Below, piece by piece: positions 25,068 through 39,365 of a DNA stretch of 64,000 nt (positions are counted from its first letter, which is position 1; every line of letters begins with the position of its first letter). The notes under the pieces are model-generated. The model was not told the origin of the DNA and made no database searches. It saw only the letters and a list, made by a program, of their open reading frames with translations. The position numbers were made by a program, and so were the translations under genes. This DNA comes from Felis catus (Eukaryota), in NCBI RefSeq assembly GCF_018350175.1, contig NC_058379.1, forward strand, positions 16,616,001-16,680,000, given 5' to 3'.

Positions 25068-27871
25068 AGGCCTCTGGCTGGCTCAATCGGTAGAGTATAT
25101 GACTCTTGATCTCTGGGGTCATCAGTTCCAGCCCTATGCTGGGGGTAGAGTTTACTTAAAATAGATAAATGAATTTAAAAAAAATGTGAGGAGTTCTTGG
25201 GTAGCTCAGTTGTTCGGGCATCCGACTTCATCTCAGGTCATGATCTTGTAGTTCATGAGTTCAAGCCCCACATTGGGTTCTCTGCTGTCAGCACAGAGCC
25301 CACTTCAGATCCTCTGTCTCCCTCTCTCTCTGCCCCTCCCCCCCTCTCAAAAATAAACATTTTTTTAAAAAGTATAAGCTTTTTTTTAAGTTCAAGAAAC
25401 AAAAAGACAGTCTCTAAGTGTACTTCATGGCTAAATACATCATCATACAATGGGATATTTGACAAATAGTGAAACAGCTATATATACTGACATGGAAAGG
25501 TCCCAAGATATATTTAATAAAAAAGGCAAAATTCAGAACATTGTGTATGGGATTATCAATACTTTAATGTGTAATCTATTTGGTATGTTCTGGTATATGC
25601 ATTAAGTCATGTTTTGTTCCCTCAAAGAGCATGCAAGAAACTTAACAATGATTAGTTTTAAAGAAGGTGGAAATATAGAGGGAAGTTCTAACTTTTCATT
25701 TTATACTGAGGGCCAGGACGTTTACAAATGCATAAAGAAATGGGATAATAACACAAATAGTGAGGTAGTATAGTGTAATGCAATACAGGGGCAGGTCTTT
25801 GACAAAGTAGTTTTTATTATATAAAAGGGTGGAGCCTCTCTCCACTTCTACCAGTTATCAAATCTTAATATATTTTAAAGATTTAAAAATATATTTAAAA
25901 GAAACTGCTCTTTTTTGAAAAGCAGACTTGTTTTGCTGTTTGGGACTACAGTTTCTTGGGAAGGGTCGGTATGTAGCTCATAAAAAGCAGGGAAGTCTAC
26001 AGTTCTGCCCTCCTCCCCCCTTTTTTAAGTTTATTTATTTTGAGGGAGATAGAATCCCAAGGAGGCTCCGCACTGTCAACACAGAGCCCAACACAGGGCT
26101 TGAACTCATGAGCCATGAGATCATGACCTGAGCCAAAACCACGAGTTGGACCCTTAACTGACTGAGACACCCAGGTGCCCCTGTCTTACCCTTTTCTTGA
26201 TGGGATTAAAAAAAATGCATTCCTAGTATAGGTGAGAGCAAAAACTGATTAGCTGCCAATTAGTGCCAATAGAGAGAGACAGACCTTTTTGTAACCATAA
26301 CCTCTGTGTAAAGTGCTTGCTAGGCTCCTGTTTTCTCCTCCCACCTTTGTTTCTTTCACATCCTTTCTCTTATTTTGTCATCTGATGATCAGGTCTACAG
26401 AAGTCAAACAATTTGCCCACAATTACATAACACTTCAAAATAGAAATCTGATGTCATTCTCTTACCCAAGATTTCAGGCTCTCCAGTGTTCTTTAGGATA
26501 AAGACAAAGCTTCACCAGAGCCTACAATGCATCATTTAACCTAGCCCCTACCTACCTCCAGACAGGGCTGTCACCTTCAGTTCTTTGAGCTCTCCATTCT
26601 TTTTCCTTCTTGGAATTCTGGGCCCTTGCCTTTATCCTTACCTCATCCCTCTTACGACTTTCTTTTGCTTAACTTCGTTTCCTTTCTTCTTCAGATTTCA
26701 ACTGCCTCTTCCTCAGGGAGATTTTTCATTTTTCTGTATCAAGTCAGGTTCCCTTTCAGCACCTGTCTCTCATGGTATTCAGTACAGCTATAATTTTATA
26801 TGTGTTTATACATCCGTTTGAGTAATATTTACTTAATCTCTACACCCAACATAGGATTTGAACTCATGACATTGAGATCAAGAGTCACGTGCTCTACCAA
26901 CTGGTCCAGTCAGGCACCCGTATTTGTAATATTTGATTCTCTGCCCCTCTCCTATCGCTTATCCATGTTCCAGGGAGCTTATCTATTATTGCTCATCATA
27001 TTCTCAGTGTCTAGCACCAAGCACTCAGTAAATATTTGTTGAATGTTCTTTATTAGTATCTTTAGGAAAGGAGCAAATAGAAGAACAAAGAGGAGTCAGA
27101 ATTTCCCAGTCATCTAAAGGGGAACTATAGAGAAGTGCAACTATTACTCAGGGAAGAATTAATGAAAAGGGGATTTGGATCTGGTAGGTGGAATAGTGAC
27201 TTGGTATTCAGTGGTCTGCAGTCTTGCCATAAACTTGGAAACCAGTTTGGGTTTGTGATTCCATTTTAGAGATGTAGCACTTGTAAGACTTTCATGTTTT
27301 TGAACATACTACCTCACTGATGTTTGAAATGGAACCCAGTTAAGGCAAGTATTAAACCATTTTACACTAGGTGTAAAAGCACTGAGGCTATTAGAAATCT
27401 CTTGACACATTAATACCTTACCCTATCATTCGGATTGAGCTAAAAAGCATTAGCACGCTTACATGCCAGGTGCTAAGATTTTTTGTGTTATCTCAGTTGT
27501 CACATACAGACCTGGAAGGTAAATACTAGTATATGCTTTCTAGATGAAGAAACCAAGGCTCAGAAAGCTTATGTAATACGCCCCAGAGTTTCACAGGTTT
27601 AGTAAGAGAATCCAGGACTTGGAACTCAGAGCCTCAGCTCTCAAATACTGTTCTAGATACGCCGTCTAGGGGCGCCTGGGTGGCTCAGTCGGTTAAGCGG
27701 CCGACTTCGGCTCAGGTCATCATCTCTCAGTCCGTGAGTTCGAGCCCCGTGTCGGGCTCTGTGCTGAACGCTCAGAGCCTGGAGCCTATTTCAGATTCTG
27801 TGTCTCCCTCTCTCTGACCCTCCCCCGTTCATGCTCTGTCTCTGTCTCAAAAATAAACGTTAAAAAAAAAA
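25068..27871. mobile_element. Can-SINEs in GATC intron 2 (25068-25375 +, 26020-26181 -, 26820-26920 -, 27668-27871 +)
   Basis: SINE heads; the 27668 copy has TSD tagata(c/t)gcc(g/a)tcta. Confidence 0.85.
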
Positions 27872-30253
27872 TAGATATGCCATCTAAAGTCAGCCTCTAG
27901 AACCTTAATTCTCTCTTATCTCAAGAGGGACTCAGATGATGACAGCTCTGACTGCAGCCAAATACTTCAGTACTTAGACTGTCCCTCAGAGTCTTATTCG
28001 AACTGAAAATTCTTAGCCAAATTGATTAACTCTCATTCCAGTCTGCATCAAATTAGAAATTGATTAGGCAGGAGGGAAAAGGCTTATTATAGATGGAAAT
28101 AGAGTGATGCCCAGAAAAAGGACTTGTGGCAGCCCATCACCAGCAGCAGAACTCTTATCTGGTCAGTCCAAGGGCCGATAGAGGTACTTCTTCCTCAGCG
28201 CTGCCATAGTGCTTTCCATTAAACTGCTTTTTATTAGCATCTTCCAGTTACTGGTTAATGTGCCATGTCTATAAACTTTAGAGGGCAAGTTCACAGAAGC
28301 CTTTCTCAACCAGGATTTTTCATCTGAACCAGAATGCATAAAGATTCAAGTGGCTTTTTTCAGTGCTTCCAAGGAGTACATAATTCATACTAGCCCAGAG
28401 ACATAGTTGATTTATTATCACATTGGGTGCCCTATAGCATTTGGGCTTAATCCTCTTGTCAAACCCTGAGAAATGAGGTCAGGTAGACATTTAGTCAATC
28501 AGTAATTTAGAGGCACCTAAAAATTTCATTGGGTCCCATTTGGATTTTGTGTGTGATTCTGAGATCAAGAAAAGTTAGGTGACTTGCCAAGTGAACTACT
28601 GAGGTGCCACCCTCACAGAGACCCTGGGTTCAGTAGTCTAGGATTATGGAAATAGGAAGGTGTGGATTTCTTCTGGAAACAACTCCATCATAATCAGTAT
28701 TTAGGTAAAAAGGTGTGGTATTTAAAGGAGTGAATTTTTTCTGGAAACATCACTTACATAGAAAACTGGATTACCAAATGAGTGAATAAATCCATTGCTA
28801 TTACATCTGTGGGGAAGCAGTAGCTTTTCACCACCTATTGGTGGTACCAGAGGCTTACTTCATCAGACTCTTCAAGTGCCCCGGGACAATTCAGTCTTCA
28901 GTCTGTAGGGACTAGGCAGGCAATGCATGATTACAGCAGGTTAAGTGCATAGGTGTACTGAGTGGTGGGGACTGAGGCGTGCCTGTGTGCACTCACTCTT
29001 TCTGAAAGGAGCAGGTGCTATTCGGCAGCCCCCTCTTACCGTGGTGAAAATGCAGGCCCAGCATTATCAGATCTTCTTTAATATTTAATCTCCCCAGCAA
29101 TTCTATGAAGCATTCCACAAATAAGGAAACAGGTACATGGAGAGGGTAACTTGCCCATATGCCATGTGTGGCACTAAGATTTGAATTCAGCTGACTCAGG
29201 AGCCCTGAGTCATTTTGTTATACCACCCAACAGAAATATAAACTCCAGAAGGTCCAGTGGTTACCTTTACAGATAATTTTTATTTTGTTCTCCAAGTTTT
29301 CTTAAGCCCCTGTATGGTTTAAAAAAAAAAAATCAAGTGCAACCTTCATTTTTCTGGCAAGAAAGTGAAGGTCTGGAAAGATCATTCTTATTCAAGGCCA
29401 CACAGTTAAGATAGTGCCAGATCCTGGAACTGACTCCAGCTCTGTCCGGTCCATACCATGTTTATTGTGTCTAGCCCTAGGGTAAGTGCCACAAAAGAAA
29501 CAGAACTAGGCCTTTCCTAGAAGAACCTTATCATGACAACTTAGCCCTCTGCAGCCTTTGCCTGGATGTTCATGTAATGTCCTTGCCCTTTTGTCCTGTT
29601 AGGCTTAGCCCTCAGTCTATGTCTGGCTCAAAGTGGAACGAGTTTGCCTGCTCCCCTATCAGTGATTGAGCAGAGAGACTGCTTATTTTTCAGCTCAAGT
29701 ATCTAGAAGCAGACTCAGACATTTTGCCATGCACTTGTAAACCTTCAAACGGCAGCGAAGCCCCATAGATATGTTCAATTCCAGTTTGGTTTCACTAGCC
29801 TGCCATTTGGATACTTTAATGAAGCCATGAGGCCCAGAGAACAATGGGAGATTCTTGAGCTATGTAAGGGCAGATACTTTCATATTCATAAAGGTGGCTA
29901 CAGTGAAAAAACAACTCATCTTATGGGTACAAGGGGTACAGAACTGTGCTCAGACTCCATCCTGTCACTTAGGAGCTAATATCCTTAAACCACTAATAAC
30001 CACTCTTGAGCAAGTTTCTTCACCTGCCTGGAAGCCCATTTCCCATCCCAACAATCCAGTGGTTTCTTGCCCATCCTTTAGCAGTGACATCACCTATTCT
30101 GAATGTCTGTTCCTCACCCAGGCTAGATTAGGTGCCCCTTTCTATTCCCTTGGCAAGCTTTGCTTACCTGTTAGATTTAACACGTTTTATTGTAATTGCC
30201 TTACCTGTCTTCACCAAAAGCAACTTACCCATGGTTGAACATATCAGTCCTGA

Positions 30254-30607
<354 letters not shown>

Positions 30608-30679
30608 TAAGAACACAGTGGTAGCTGTGAGGCCCAAATTTTGCTACATGAAAGTATTTTGAAAAGTATAAAGTAGGAA

Positions 30680-30935
30680 CTAGGTGAAGGTGGTCAAAAG
30701 GTACAAACTTCACTGTAGAACAGAATGACTATAGTTTACAGTACTGTACTCTGTATTTGAAAGTTGCTAGAGAGTAGATCTTAAAAGTTCTCACCACAAG
30801 AAAAAAATCAGAACTATGTGAGATATTAACTAATCTTGTGGTAATCATTCTGCAGTATATACATATATTAAATCATTGTGTTGTACACCTTAAACTTACA
30901 CAGTGTTATGTCAATTATTTCTCAATAAAACTGGA
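30680..30935 (+). mobile_element. L1 3'-end fragment (L1M-type)
   Basis: aaaggtacaaactt...gagtagatcttaaaagttctcaccaca...tacaccttaaacttacacagtg...aataaa. Confidence 0.75.
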
Positions 30936-31769
30936 ACTAATGAAAAAAACCCGTATTTATTAATAGTGAAAAAAAAAGCATAAATCAAATACAGGTGGTG
31001 GCATTAAGGTGGCAGTAGAGTCCAGGGGTCATGTTTCCTTCTAGGGACCAGTCTGTAATAGGAATGAACAAAACAGCCCTGTGGCGGGGAGAGGTGTATA
31101 CAGTGGCACATCTGGAGCTCAAGCTCTGCCTAAAAGGGCATTCACTGCTCCTCATTCAGTGCCAGGCAGTAATGTGAGCCCATATTCCCAGAGAACCCAG
31201 ACATCTGGCATTTTCGTTGGGTCTCCGGGGGGTATTTCCCAAATTTTAAGTATGGGAGCTAATTCAAAGATTTAAAAAACAAACAAACAACAACAACAAA
31301 AAAAAAACCACATAAAACATACCTGCAAGCCAGATGTATCCTGGGAGCCATCAGTTTGCAACCCTGGTGTTGAGATTTGCATCTTTAAAATTTGCTGTGA
31401 CTATTATAAATGAAAACTTAAAAATAACTCTGGGCCAATAATAAAATCCAGAATCCTGGGTGGGTTGAACTTTTTAGCTCCTCTACAGATGGGTGGGTCT
31501 TCAGAATGCAGAACTGCTGCACCCGTCTGGACATGTGGGAATGTGAGCTTGAGCACTCAGGTAGATGGTTTTCCAAATGCCAGCTTCACAGTCAGGAGAT
31601 CACCTCAGAGGAGAACCATTCTAAGTAGTCTCAGAGACAAACATCAGTCCCCCAGTGCAAGGATTACCTCTTTGATCAAGACTAGTTAGTCAAGACCAGT
31701 CAGTTAAAGGAAAGCGCTGCTTGAAGCCAGTATGGGAAAGAAAGCTTAAAAACTTGTGGGCTTGGGCTT

Positions 31770-31805
31770 GGAGTGCCTGGCTGGCTCAGTTAGTAGAGCA
31801 TGTGG

Positions 31806-31837
<32 letters not shown>

Positions 31838-32066
31838 AGAGGGAGAGAATCTTAAGCAGGCTCCACACCCAGTGTGGAGCCCAACATAGGGCCTGATCTC
31901 ATGACCATGAGATCATGACCTCAGCCAAAATTAAGAGTTGGACACTCAACTGACTGAGCCACTCAGGCACCCTGAGCACATGTGACTGTTGATCTCAGGG
32001 TCTTGAGTTCAAACCTCTCATCCAGCGCGGAGCCTACTTAAAAATAATAAAAATTAAAAAAAAAAG
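31770..32066. mobile_element. Plus-strand SINE interrupted by a minus-strand Can-SINE (~31807-31972)
   Basis: Head at 31770 resumes after 31972; gagca..tgtg repeated at both junctions. Confidence 0.75.
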
Positions 32067-32519
32067 GTGTGGGCTCAACTCTTAATCAGGCCCCTGGTTC
32101 ACTAAACTACCTCAGATTAACTGAAGAGAAAAAAGATTTTATAATTTATCTCAGAGCCTGATAGTTGTCACTATTTTAACAGACATAGCCATTGATCACA
32201 TATGTTATTTCTCAAATAGAACTTTGTGTCAGACTTTGTTTTTTGGGAAAGTGAATTTACAATTATTAATGTCCTTCCTTCCACTCCTATGTGCATATTA
32301 ACTGGCTAACCTGTCTCTGCTCCTTATTGAAAAGTGTGCATTTATTAGGATTCACTTGTAACTGTTATTCTTTCAGACACTCAGAAATAACAGGGTAGTA
32401 GCTATACTTATTTGCATTGCTTATTTTTCGTGACAAACCAAGTGATAAGTTAGCTCAGTTGAGTCAGTTGGGAAACAGGCTCAGCTATAACATCCTTTTT
32501 TGTTATTGTTTTCAAACAG

Positions 32520-32572
32520 GTAATATCTCTTTGCCAAAGCAGGATGAACAACAGCCCTTTTCACACAACTGA
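32520..32572 (+). CDS. GATC: GATC exon 4 (terminal coding exon)
   Basis: Polypyrimidine tract + aacag; (G)NISLPKQDEQQPFSHN-TGA. Total 81+173+104+53=411 nt = 136 aa + stop. Confidence 0.93.
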
Positions 32573-33604
32573 CTAGCTATTCATGGAGGCCCAAAGATAG
32601 TATTTTATTACCACGAACACAAATATTTCCACTTTCTTCGGTTACCTGGAAAAAAAACTGATGTTTAAGTGATTTTTAGTAACTAACTCTCTGAAGACAA
32701 CATTGGGAAATATCTAGCCAAAACAAGGCAATGAGTTCCTGCTTCTACTGGAAGTAAAAGGTACTGTCACTTTCTGAGGAAATGAATCAAATATTTATTC
32801 ACACACTGTTCAGTATAGGTTATTCTCCTTTATCTCCTCCCAAAACGGTGGTCTACCAAACTGAACGTAAGTCGGTTTTTCTATTTACGTAACTATTAGA
32901 CAGTGTATCTGATCGCCATATGACAACCTGTGTTGTACTTTTCAGTTACTGTTTCTGTCATCTAAGAAACCTTGTATCTTTACCAAACAAACTCAAATTT
33001 GTTCCTGGGTACCCACTTTATTCAGAGCAGAAGGCTAACTTTCTCCTAATGTCTGAAGAGTGTTCAAAGTAGACTCTACAGCTTGGGAACTCCTAACCTA
33101 CAATCATCCACCATCCCACAAAGTCATTACACTCAAAATGGATACTAGCCATAGCTACAGTTTTTCTGAAAAGAACATACAATAAAAATAGCCCTGGAAT
33201 AGCTAACAGTACTATATCAAACACTAAAAATTTGCTAAGAGGGTAGATACTATATTAAATGTTCTTACCACAAATAAATCTTAAAGAAGTAGGGAGGAGA
33301 CTTGGGGAGGTGATGGATATGGTTATAGCTTTGACGGTGATCAGTATACGCTTAACCCCAAACTCATTGATTCTTATACATTAAATAAGTACAGCCTTTT
33401 ACATATCAATCATACTTCAATAAAGTGGCTTTTTAACAAAAAGACCCAGGTCTGGAACAAAGTAGCCTCCCTGTCCCCACCACGATTACTGAATTGAGTA
33501 GAATCCAAGATACTGGAGTTTTTTGATTTTGTGTTTTAAGAAGGCTCACATACCAAAGTTAAGTAAAACAGATTGAGGGATAAAAGTGATAGAAGCAAAA
33601 ATTA

Positions 33605-34180
33605 GGGGTGCCTGGGTGGCGCAGTCGGTTAAGCGTCCGACTTCGGCCAGGTCACGATCTCGCGGTCCAGGAGTTCGAGCCCTGCGTCAGGCTCTGGGCT
33701 CAGAGCCTGGAGCCTGTTTCCGATTCTGTGTCTCCCCCTCTCTCTGCCCCTCCCCCGTTCATGCTCTGTCTCTCTCTGTCCCAAAAATAAATAAACGTTA
33801 AAAAAAAAAAAAAAAAAAGCAAAAATTAAAGAGATTTTTTTCCCCCCTCCAAACCGCTAGAGTTGGTTTTAAGAATTTTCCAGTGATCTTTATGCTGCTT
33901 CCAACTTTAAAAGGTCTGTTTTATTCTTCTCATTTCTTTGCCCTATCTTAAATGCTCCTTTTTTCTTTAAAGTGGCTTCATTTAGGGGCACCTAAGTGGC
34001 TCAGTTGGTTAAGCATCCGATTCTTGGTTTCGGCTCAGGTCGTGATCTCACAGCTTTGTGGTTCAAGCCCCGCATCGGGCTCTGCACTGGCAGCACAGAG
34101 CCTGCTTGGGATTCTCTCTCCCTCTTCCACTCATGCTATGTGCCTCTCTCTCAAAATAAATAAACTTAAAAAAAATTTTT
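33605..34180 (+). mobile_element. Two Can-SINEs downstream of GATC (young Fc-type 33605-33818; 33984-34180)
   Basis: CpG-rich head GGTGGCGCAGTCGGTTAAGCGTCCG; TSD aagcaaaaatta. Confidence 0.9.
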
Positions 34181-34387
34181 TTTAAGTAATAAAGCACCTT
34201 CATTTATAAACTTGGCCTTCAATTATAAGCCTGAACCAACTCTTGGGATTGAAATTTTCAAAACCACCATCATAGCAACTATCTTTGTCCCCAAATAAAG
34301 TTATCCACTCCTGCTCCTTACCAACTGGGTGCAGCTGCCACTACAACTCAATGACTTTTTTTTTTTTTTTAAATCAGTGTGCCTATT

Positions 34388-34938
34388 NNNNNNNNNNNNN
34401 NNNNNNNNNNNNNNNNNNNNNNNNNNNNNNNNNNNNNNNNNNNNNNNNNNNNNNNNNNNNNNNNNNNNNNNNNNNNNNNNNNNNNNNNNNNNNNNNNNNN
34501 NNNNNNNNNNNNNNNNNNNNNNNNNNNNNNNNNNNNNNNNNNNNNNNNNNNNNNNNNNNNNNNNNNNNNNNNNNNNNNNNNNNNNNNNNNNNNNNNNNNN
34601 NNNNNNNNNNNNNNNNNNNNNNNNNNNNNNNNNNNNNNNNNNNNNNNNNNNNNNNNNAAAAAAAAAATTAAAAAAATTTCCTAAGACACTAAATCATCAA
34701 TCTGGAATGTAGATTCTGAGCACAAAGAGCTCAGTTCACCTAAAANNNNNNNNNNNNNNNNNNNNNNNNNNNNNNNNNNNNNNNNNNNNNNNNNNNNNNN
34801 NNNNNNNNNNNNNNNNNNNNNNNNNNNNNNNNNNNNNNNNNNNNNNNNNNNNNNNNNNNNNNNNNNNNNNNNNNNNNNNNNNNNNNNNNNNNNNNNNNNN
34901 NNNNNNNNNNNNNNNNNNNNNNNNNNNNNNNNNNNNNN
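34388..34938 (-). other. SRSF9: SRSF9 terminal exon 4 and 3' UTR, mostly hidden in N gaps (34388-34657, 34746-34938)
   Basis: Minus-strand acceptor-like ttttttccttca abuts the gap at 34939. The visible island 34658-34745 (gtgctcagaatctacattccagattg...) resembles the SRSF9 3' UTR as I recall it. The RS-domain coding part is not visible. Confidence 0.7.
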
Positions 34939-36656
34939 TGAAGGAAAAAATAAGACTCAGAGAAACACAGCACACTAAAACTTAACATGGCTGCCTAACA
35001 ATAATAGTTAAGTACCGAGCACTTACTGTTTGTCTGGCATGATGTCATCTCATTAAACCCTCACAACAATGCTATGCCCTAGGTAGGTTTACCAGCACAT
35101 TTCAACAATGAGGAAAACAATGTTATAATCTATTCCAGGGTGACACATACAATAAATGACAACTTCACATGTTGTAAATGAGCTGAAATACTAGCTACTA
35201 CGATTAACATATCTGAATTACTACCACTGACTCCTGAATCTAAGAACTGGAAAGGATCTCAGAGGTCATTCAGTTCAATTCCCTGCCACCTCATATATGT
35301 GTTTGAGGATGGGTTCCTATGGAAGAAGCTAACCAGTATTCAACACCTCTCAAGTGTCAGGACCAGGGTTAGATACTCGTAAGTTAGCTTCCTGGCAAGT
35401 CTTATGAGACAGTGCTATCGAGGGACCAAAGTTCAGAGAATAACTCTGCTAAGAAATAAATGAGTGAGTGGCAGAGGAGTCATGTCTAGGCTGGCCTGTG
35501 TTCAGGCCCTCTGCCCTCAGCCAACACTCTCAAAGGATCTAAAGATGCTAAGATGAAAGAAGTCAGATGTGGAATTCCCTAGGTAAAGTCAGTAATTGGA
35601 TTTATCCTTACTGAGACCCTGCTTTGCAGTGTAACTAAGGACCAGATGTTTTGTTTCTGCTCCAAATTCAGTCTGAGTAAAAGCAATGTTAAGCTGTGTA
35701 CTTTCCAAGCCATAAAATTAGGGAATTATATGAATCCTTAGAAAAAGAAATAGTTCCTTGGGGCTCCTAGGTGACTCAGTCAGTTGAGCGGCCAACTCTT
35801 GATTTCAGCTTAGGTCATGATGCCAGGGTTGTGGGCTCAAGCCCAAGTCCACGCTCAGTTTGGAGCCTGCTTAAGATTCTCTCCCTCTGCCCCTCTCCCT
35901 CACTCGTACTTGCTCTCTCTAAAAAAAAGGAAGGAAGGAAGGAAGAAAGGAAAGAAAGAAGGAAGGAAAAGGAAATGGACCCAGAAATTCGTATCTCCAG
36001 ACATCTAAATCCCATAAGTCAGGACAATATAACCAGTAAAAAAAGAATGTCCAGTTGTTCTGCTCTCTGGTCTCAATGGTATCAAAAGGACAGTCAACAT
36101 GTGAATCAGATAGAAAGATCCAAAGTAGCAGCTGCCTTCTTGAAAGACATCAAGAACTAAGTCTTGAGGGTAAGGCCATTATAAGAAAATGCCAAGATGG
36201 CTAAGGTTTCAAAGAGGATCCTGCACTACTTTGGGAAAGGAAAAATTAAGTGTACAACTTGGCCCAACAGCAGTACCTAGAAAAGCTGAGATGCTGAGGC
36301 TGGCTTGCAGAACCCAGACTAGACCCAGAGGAGGGACAACCATAATGATCAGGTTCACAGAGGTACACTGCAGATTAAACCAGCTGTGAAGGGAATGGTA
36401 TCACAGAATAGCTCACCACATTATGACAGACTGCACCAGTATTCTCTCCGGGTTAAAAATACTATGACTGCAGATTTCTCTGTTATGACCCTGCAGGACT
36501 CAGGCATGATGAATTCCTTGGCTTTTCCACTTAAGACAGATCTTTAATGGTACTGTGAGGTCCTCAAATGGCAAATGCATGGCCTGTTGCTACTTCTCTA
36601 GATCAGCTTCAGGTGGAGTGGCCTGGGTGCAAGCTCAACAGAAGGTGGGAACCCAC

Positions 36657-36829
36657 CTCATGAGAGCGGAATTTGGTGTCATCCAGTTTACGGAGGGCAT
36701 ATTCCATGTCTTCTTTTCGGAGATATTCCACCATCCCCATTCCATCCTTCTGCACATCTGCGTAACAGACGTCCCCAGCTTCTCTCATGTGATCCTTCAG
36801 ATCCTGCCAGCTGCCTGATGGAGGAAGTC
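36657..36829 (-). CDS. SRSF9: Serine/arginine-rich splicing factor 9, exon 3 (pseudo-RRM2)
   Basis: (G)[57 protein letters not shown] with the SWQDLKD signature; AG/GT boundaries; 173 bp. Confidence 0.96.
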
Positions 36830-38585
36830 CTAGGCATGGACAACATAAGAGGCCATATCCTTCAGCCATGTTAACTGACCTGTTAAGAGCCAGCAATACC
36901 TAGGGTCCCTTTCCCATCAATCACTCACTACTTTTAAATCCTGAGGATCCCCAAATCATAAACCGTAGGGACATAAATCCAGAAAAGAGCACTAAAGTAT
37001 GTGTAGTAAACCACTGTAAGAAGCTGGTCCTAGGCTAATTTTCCAGAGACCAAGCCTTTCCAATGGAGCAAGAAGTCTACCCTATTATAGGTTTGATATC
37101 TCTGAGAGTCACAGCCTGCCTTTCTTTATCCTTCATATTTAATATCAAACTCCCAAGACTTTGAGTTCTTTTTTCCATTATGAAATTTATCAGTACCAAC
37201 TGTTTCTTGCTTACTGGGTTCTCAGAACATAGGAATTTTGAAAGTATCCAATGAAGTAATAACCAAGGTGTAGCTGAAGGTAACAACACACCAAAAAATC
37301 TGAAGTTTTTCTTGTAGTAGTGAATGACTGACAAATTAAAGTACCTTTTAAAAGATCACCAACATTCTTCAATACAGTGGGGGAAAAGGTAAGACTCAGA
37401 CGCTAAAANNNNNNNNNNNNNNNNNNNNNNNNNNNNNNNNNNNNNNNNNNNNNNNNNNNNNNNNNNNNNNNNNNNNNNNNNNNNNNNNNNNNNNNNNNNN
37501 NNNNNNNNNNNNNNNNNNNNNNNNNNNNNNNNNNNNNNNNNNNNNNNNNNNNNNNNNNNNNNNNNNNNNNNNNNNNNNNNNNNNNNNNNNNNNNNNNNNN
37601 NNNNNNNNNNNNNNNNNNNNNNNNNNNNNNNNNNNNNNNNNNNNNNNNGTTAAGCACCACGGGAGTCTGTTGTGACAGTGTGAAATTCCTATCTAAGAAA
37701 GTGCCAAGTTCTTCAATACATTTCACTCCACCATGGTCTTAAAATGCCCCTGTAATGTGCAGAGGGCCCCAGGTCTTCACCACTGTATTAATATTTTGAA
37801 AAGATGCATACACCTCTGAGCTTGCCTCACATGCATACACCTCTGAGATTCATTACTTGTGAACATTTCATTTAGACATTTCATTCTATATCATTCTATA
37901 TTCTGCAAAACAATCCCTAAAACTTAAAAGTTGTTTTGTTTTCTCTTTTGTATAATTCTAAAGCCACCACCAAAATCTGGTGTTTTTCACAATCCAAGGC
38001 TGAACAGTTATTCAAATCTGGCTCCTGGAATGTCTAGCAAATCTGAAACCTAGTACATTCCAAAAGAAAACATCTATAGAATTCTAGCTCCGGGGTTTTG
38101 CCATCATTTTCCCTCTCAACAGTAGGAAACTCCTTTATAAAAAGCAAATTTATGGGGACGCCTGGGTGCCTCAGTTAGTTGAGTGTCTGACTTCAGCTCA
38201 GGCCATGATCTCACAGTTCATGACTTCAGGCCCCGCATCAGGCTTTGGACTGAGAGCACAGAGCCTGGAGCCTGCTTTGAGTTCTGTGTCTCCCTCTCTC
38301 TCTGCCCCTCCCCTTCATGCTCTGTCTCTCTCAAAAATAAAAATGAACATTTAAAAAAAAAAAAAAAAGGCAAATTTATGTTCTACCAAGGCTGTACTAC
38401 CAATGCAGTTTCATTTGCAAGATACCTGCCTGCCTCACTGGCAAGACGGTGGGGCTTCAGACTGTGCAGTCTACTGAAAAGAAAGCCTGTGTTCCATGCA
38501 AAGTAACAGCTAACATTTCTTGGAGGCCAGACTGTGTGCTAAGTATTTTACATGCATCACCTTATTCGGTTTGAAAAGAACATAC

Positions 38586-38746
38586 CTGAAACAAGAACTC
38601 GGAAATCAGATCTTCTTGTAGGAGGCCCATTCCTCCCACCGCGGGGCCACCCACCCCGACTGCCATAAGTCCTGGGGAACTCCACACGAAGCCGACACTG
38701 GCCATAATCATAACCATTCCTTCCATAAATTGCATCCTCAGCATCT
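38586..38746 (-). CDS. SRSF9: SRSF9 exon 2 (end of RRM1, linker)
   Basis: tttgcag acceptor; [53 protein letters not shown]; donor CAG|GTATG; 161 bp. Confidence 0.96.
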
Positions 38747-39331
38747 CTGCAAAGAAAAGTTTGTGGAGTTAGTGCTGCTCAGGAGGCTGACTGACTTCCC
38801 AGTGAGGGGCATGAGTAACAAGTATAAAAGGGAAACCTAGAATTGAGAAAAACAATCTTGATGCACAACTGCTTTGAAGATACTTCATGATATTAGATTT
38901 AAACTTTACAGCTGTCCCACACAAGGTTTTCTAGATATGAAATGATAATGAAACAGTAAACAGATTACTTATAAGAGGATTCATTCAGAAAAAAGAATTG
39001 GCAGATAAGTGATTTCATCAGTATATTTCTCTAACCCTGTTAGCAGTTTCTTAAAATGCCCTCCACACACTAGTCCTTTAATAATTAACAAGGATCGGTA
39101 CCATCAAATCTATAGAAAGAAAAATCATTTAGGGGCGCCTGGGTGGCTCAGTCAGTCGAGCATCCGACTTCGGCTCAGGTCATGATCTCACGGTCTGTGG
39201 GTTTGAGCCCTGCATCGGGCTCTGTGCTGACAGCTCAGAGCCTTGGAGCCTGCTTTGGATCCTGTGTCTCCCCCTCTCCCTGCCCCTCCCCCGCTCTCAC
39301 TTTGTCTTACTCTGTCTCTCAAAAATGAATA

Positions 39332-39365
<34 letters not shown>

